DNA from: a virus | Lineage: Duplodnaviria > Caudoviricetes | IMG/VR virus record: IMGVR_UViG_3300033508_000175 | Location: 1 to 52,425 of that record | Direction: 5' to 3' (one strand) | Length of the DNA stretch: 52,425 bases | Part shown: in pieces, positions 51,844-52,425 of the stretch | Numbering within the stretch: the first letter of the stretch is position 1 | How the letters are laid out: each line of letters begins with the position of its first letter | The notes under the pieces: model-generated | Databases searched by the model: none | The model's input: only the letters and a program-made list of their open reading frames with translations | What the model was told of the DNA's origin: nothing | Program-made: the position numbers and the translations under genes

Positions 51844-52173
51844 TCAAGTTGATGCAATGCTCATGTCACGACAAGATGAAGCGGAAAATGAGCGCAGGTT
51901 GCTGTCTGAGGAAAGCGCGCGCACTTGCAAAGTTGGCGCCATGGAGCGCACTTGGCTTGATATCAGGCGGTCTCTGGGCGAGGTAGATAGCTCAATTGCG
52001 CGCGACAGATCGTGGTCAAGAAATGCAGATGGGCTGCTTTTGATGTAAAGCTCCCTGGGAAAACCATCCACTTGAAAGACGTAGCGCAGACCGACAATCG
52101 GCGGCAAAATTGGTGCGATTGCACCCCATGCCGCGCCAAAGGCAGCGCCCCACGACTTGCCCCAGGCCGACAT
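51844..52173 (-). CDS. hypothetical virion protein
   Basis: MSAWGKSWGAAFGAAWG repeats; TGATG coupling. Confidence 0.55.
   Translation of the reverse strand: MSAWGKSWGAAFGAAWGAIAPILPPIVGLRYVFQVDGFPRELYIKSSPSAFLDHDLSRAIELSTSPRDRLISSQVRSMAPTLQVRALSSDSNLRSFSASSCRDMSIAST
51857..51872 (-). promoter_or_regulatory. late promoter motif (neck operon)
   Basis: GTCGTGAC-at-GAGCAT. Confidence 0.65.
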
Positions 52174-52425
52174 CAGCCAGGCCCCCACGGGTTGGCCTCG
52201 GTGCCGTCGCCGCCAATTGATCCGCCTTTGATCTGGGTGAGATTGACCGGGATGATCGTGGCCTGCAACGTCGCCAGCACAGCCGCCGCAATCTCCGCCG
52301 CCGTCGGCCCAGTGCTACCCGAGGTACTGATGCCTTGCGCCTGCACGGGCACCGTGTAGTTGACGTTGACCTGATACGGCCCAAGCGTCCGCACCACGGG
52401 CACGCCGCCACCTTCGACAAACAAG
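52173..52425 (-). CDS. partial virion protein (3' end)
   Basis: PTAAEIAAAV...VN...I.G.GTEANPWGP; runs off the window. Confidence 0.6.
   Translation of the reverse strand, partial: LFVEGGGVPVVRTLGPYQVNVNYTVPVQAQGISTSGSTGPTAAEIAAAVLATLQATIIPVNLTQIKGGSIGGDGTEANPWGPG

Overview
The whole window is part of a temperate myovirus-type phage genome of about 60% GC; a betaproteobacterial host is an inference from the gene families. It appears to be in its excised or circular state: an intact attP-like site copying the 3' end of guaA (ATIEWE*) has phage genes on both sides. Left to right: (1) head-associated cargo, namely a Nudix protein and a 1905-aa polyvalent protein with WGR, HipA/PI3K-like kinase and ADP-ribosyltransferase-like domains; (2) portal, lysis cassette, terminases and a ParB-methylase; (3) a nin-like region containing a C5-methylase interrupted by an HNH gene; (4) replication genes and the cro/cI switch with operators; (5) recombination genes, xis/int and attP; (6) a complete diversity-generating retroelement (target-avd-TR-RT); (7) tail fibre, baseplate, MuF and neck genes. 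Most notable: the portal and the MuF-like protein each carry an inserted BECR-like RNase domain, followed inside the same CDS by an antisense sigma70 promoter, a structured ~100-120 nt RNA and a U-tract end. This is a candidate embedded RNA-antitoxin system. A GTCGTGAC-N2-(-10) late-promoter motif occurs 8 times (7 exact, 1 variant). All calls come from reading the sequence by eye; no searches were run.
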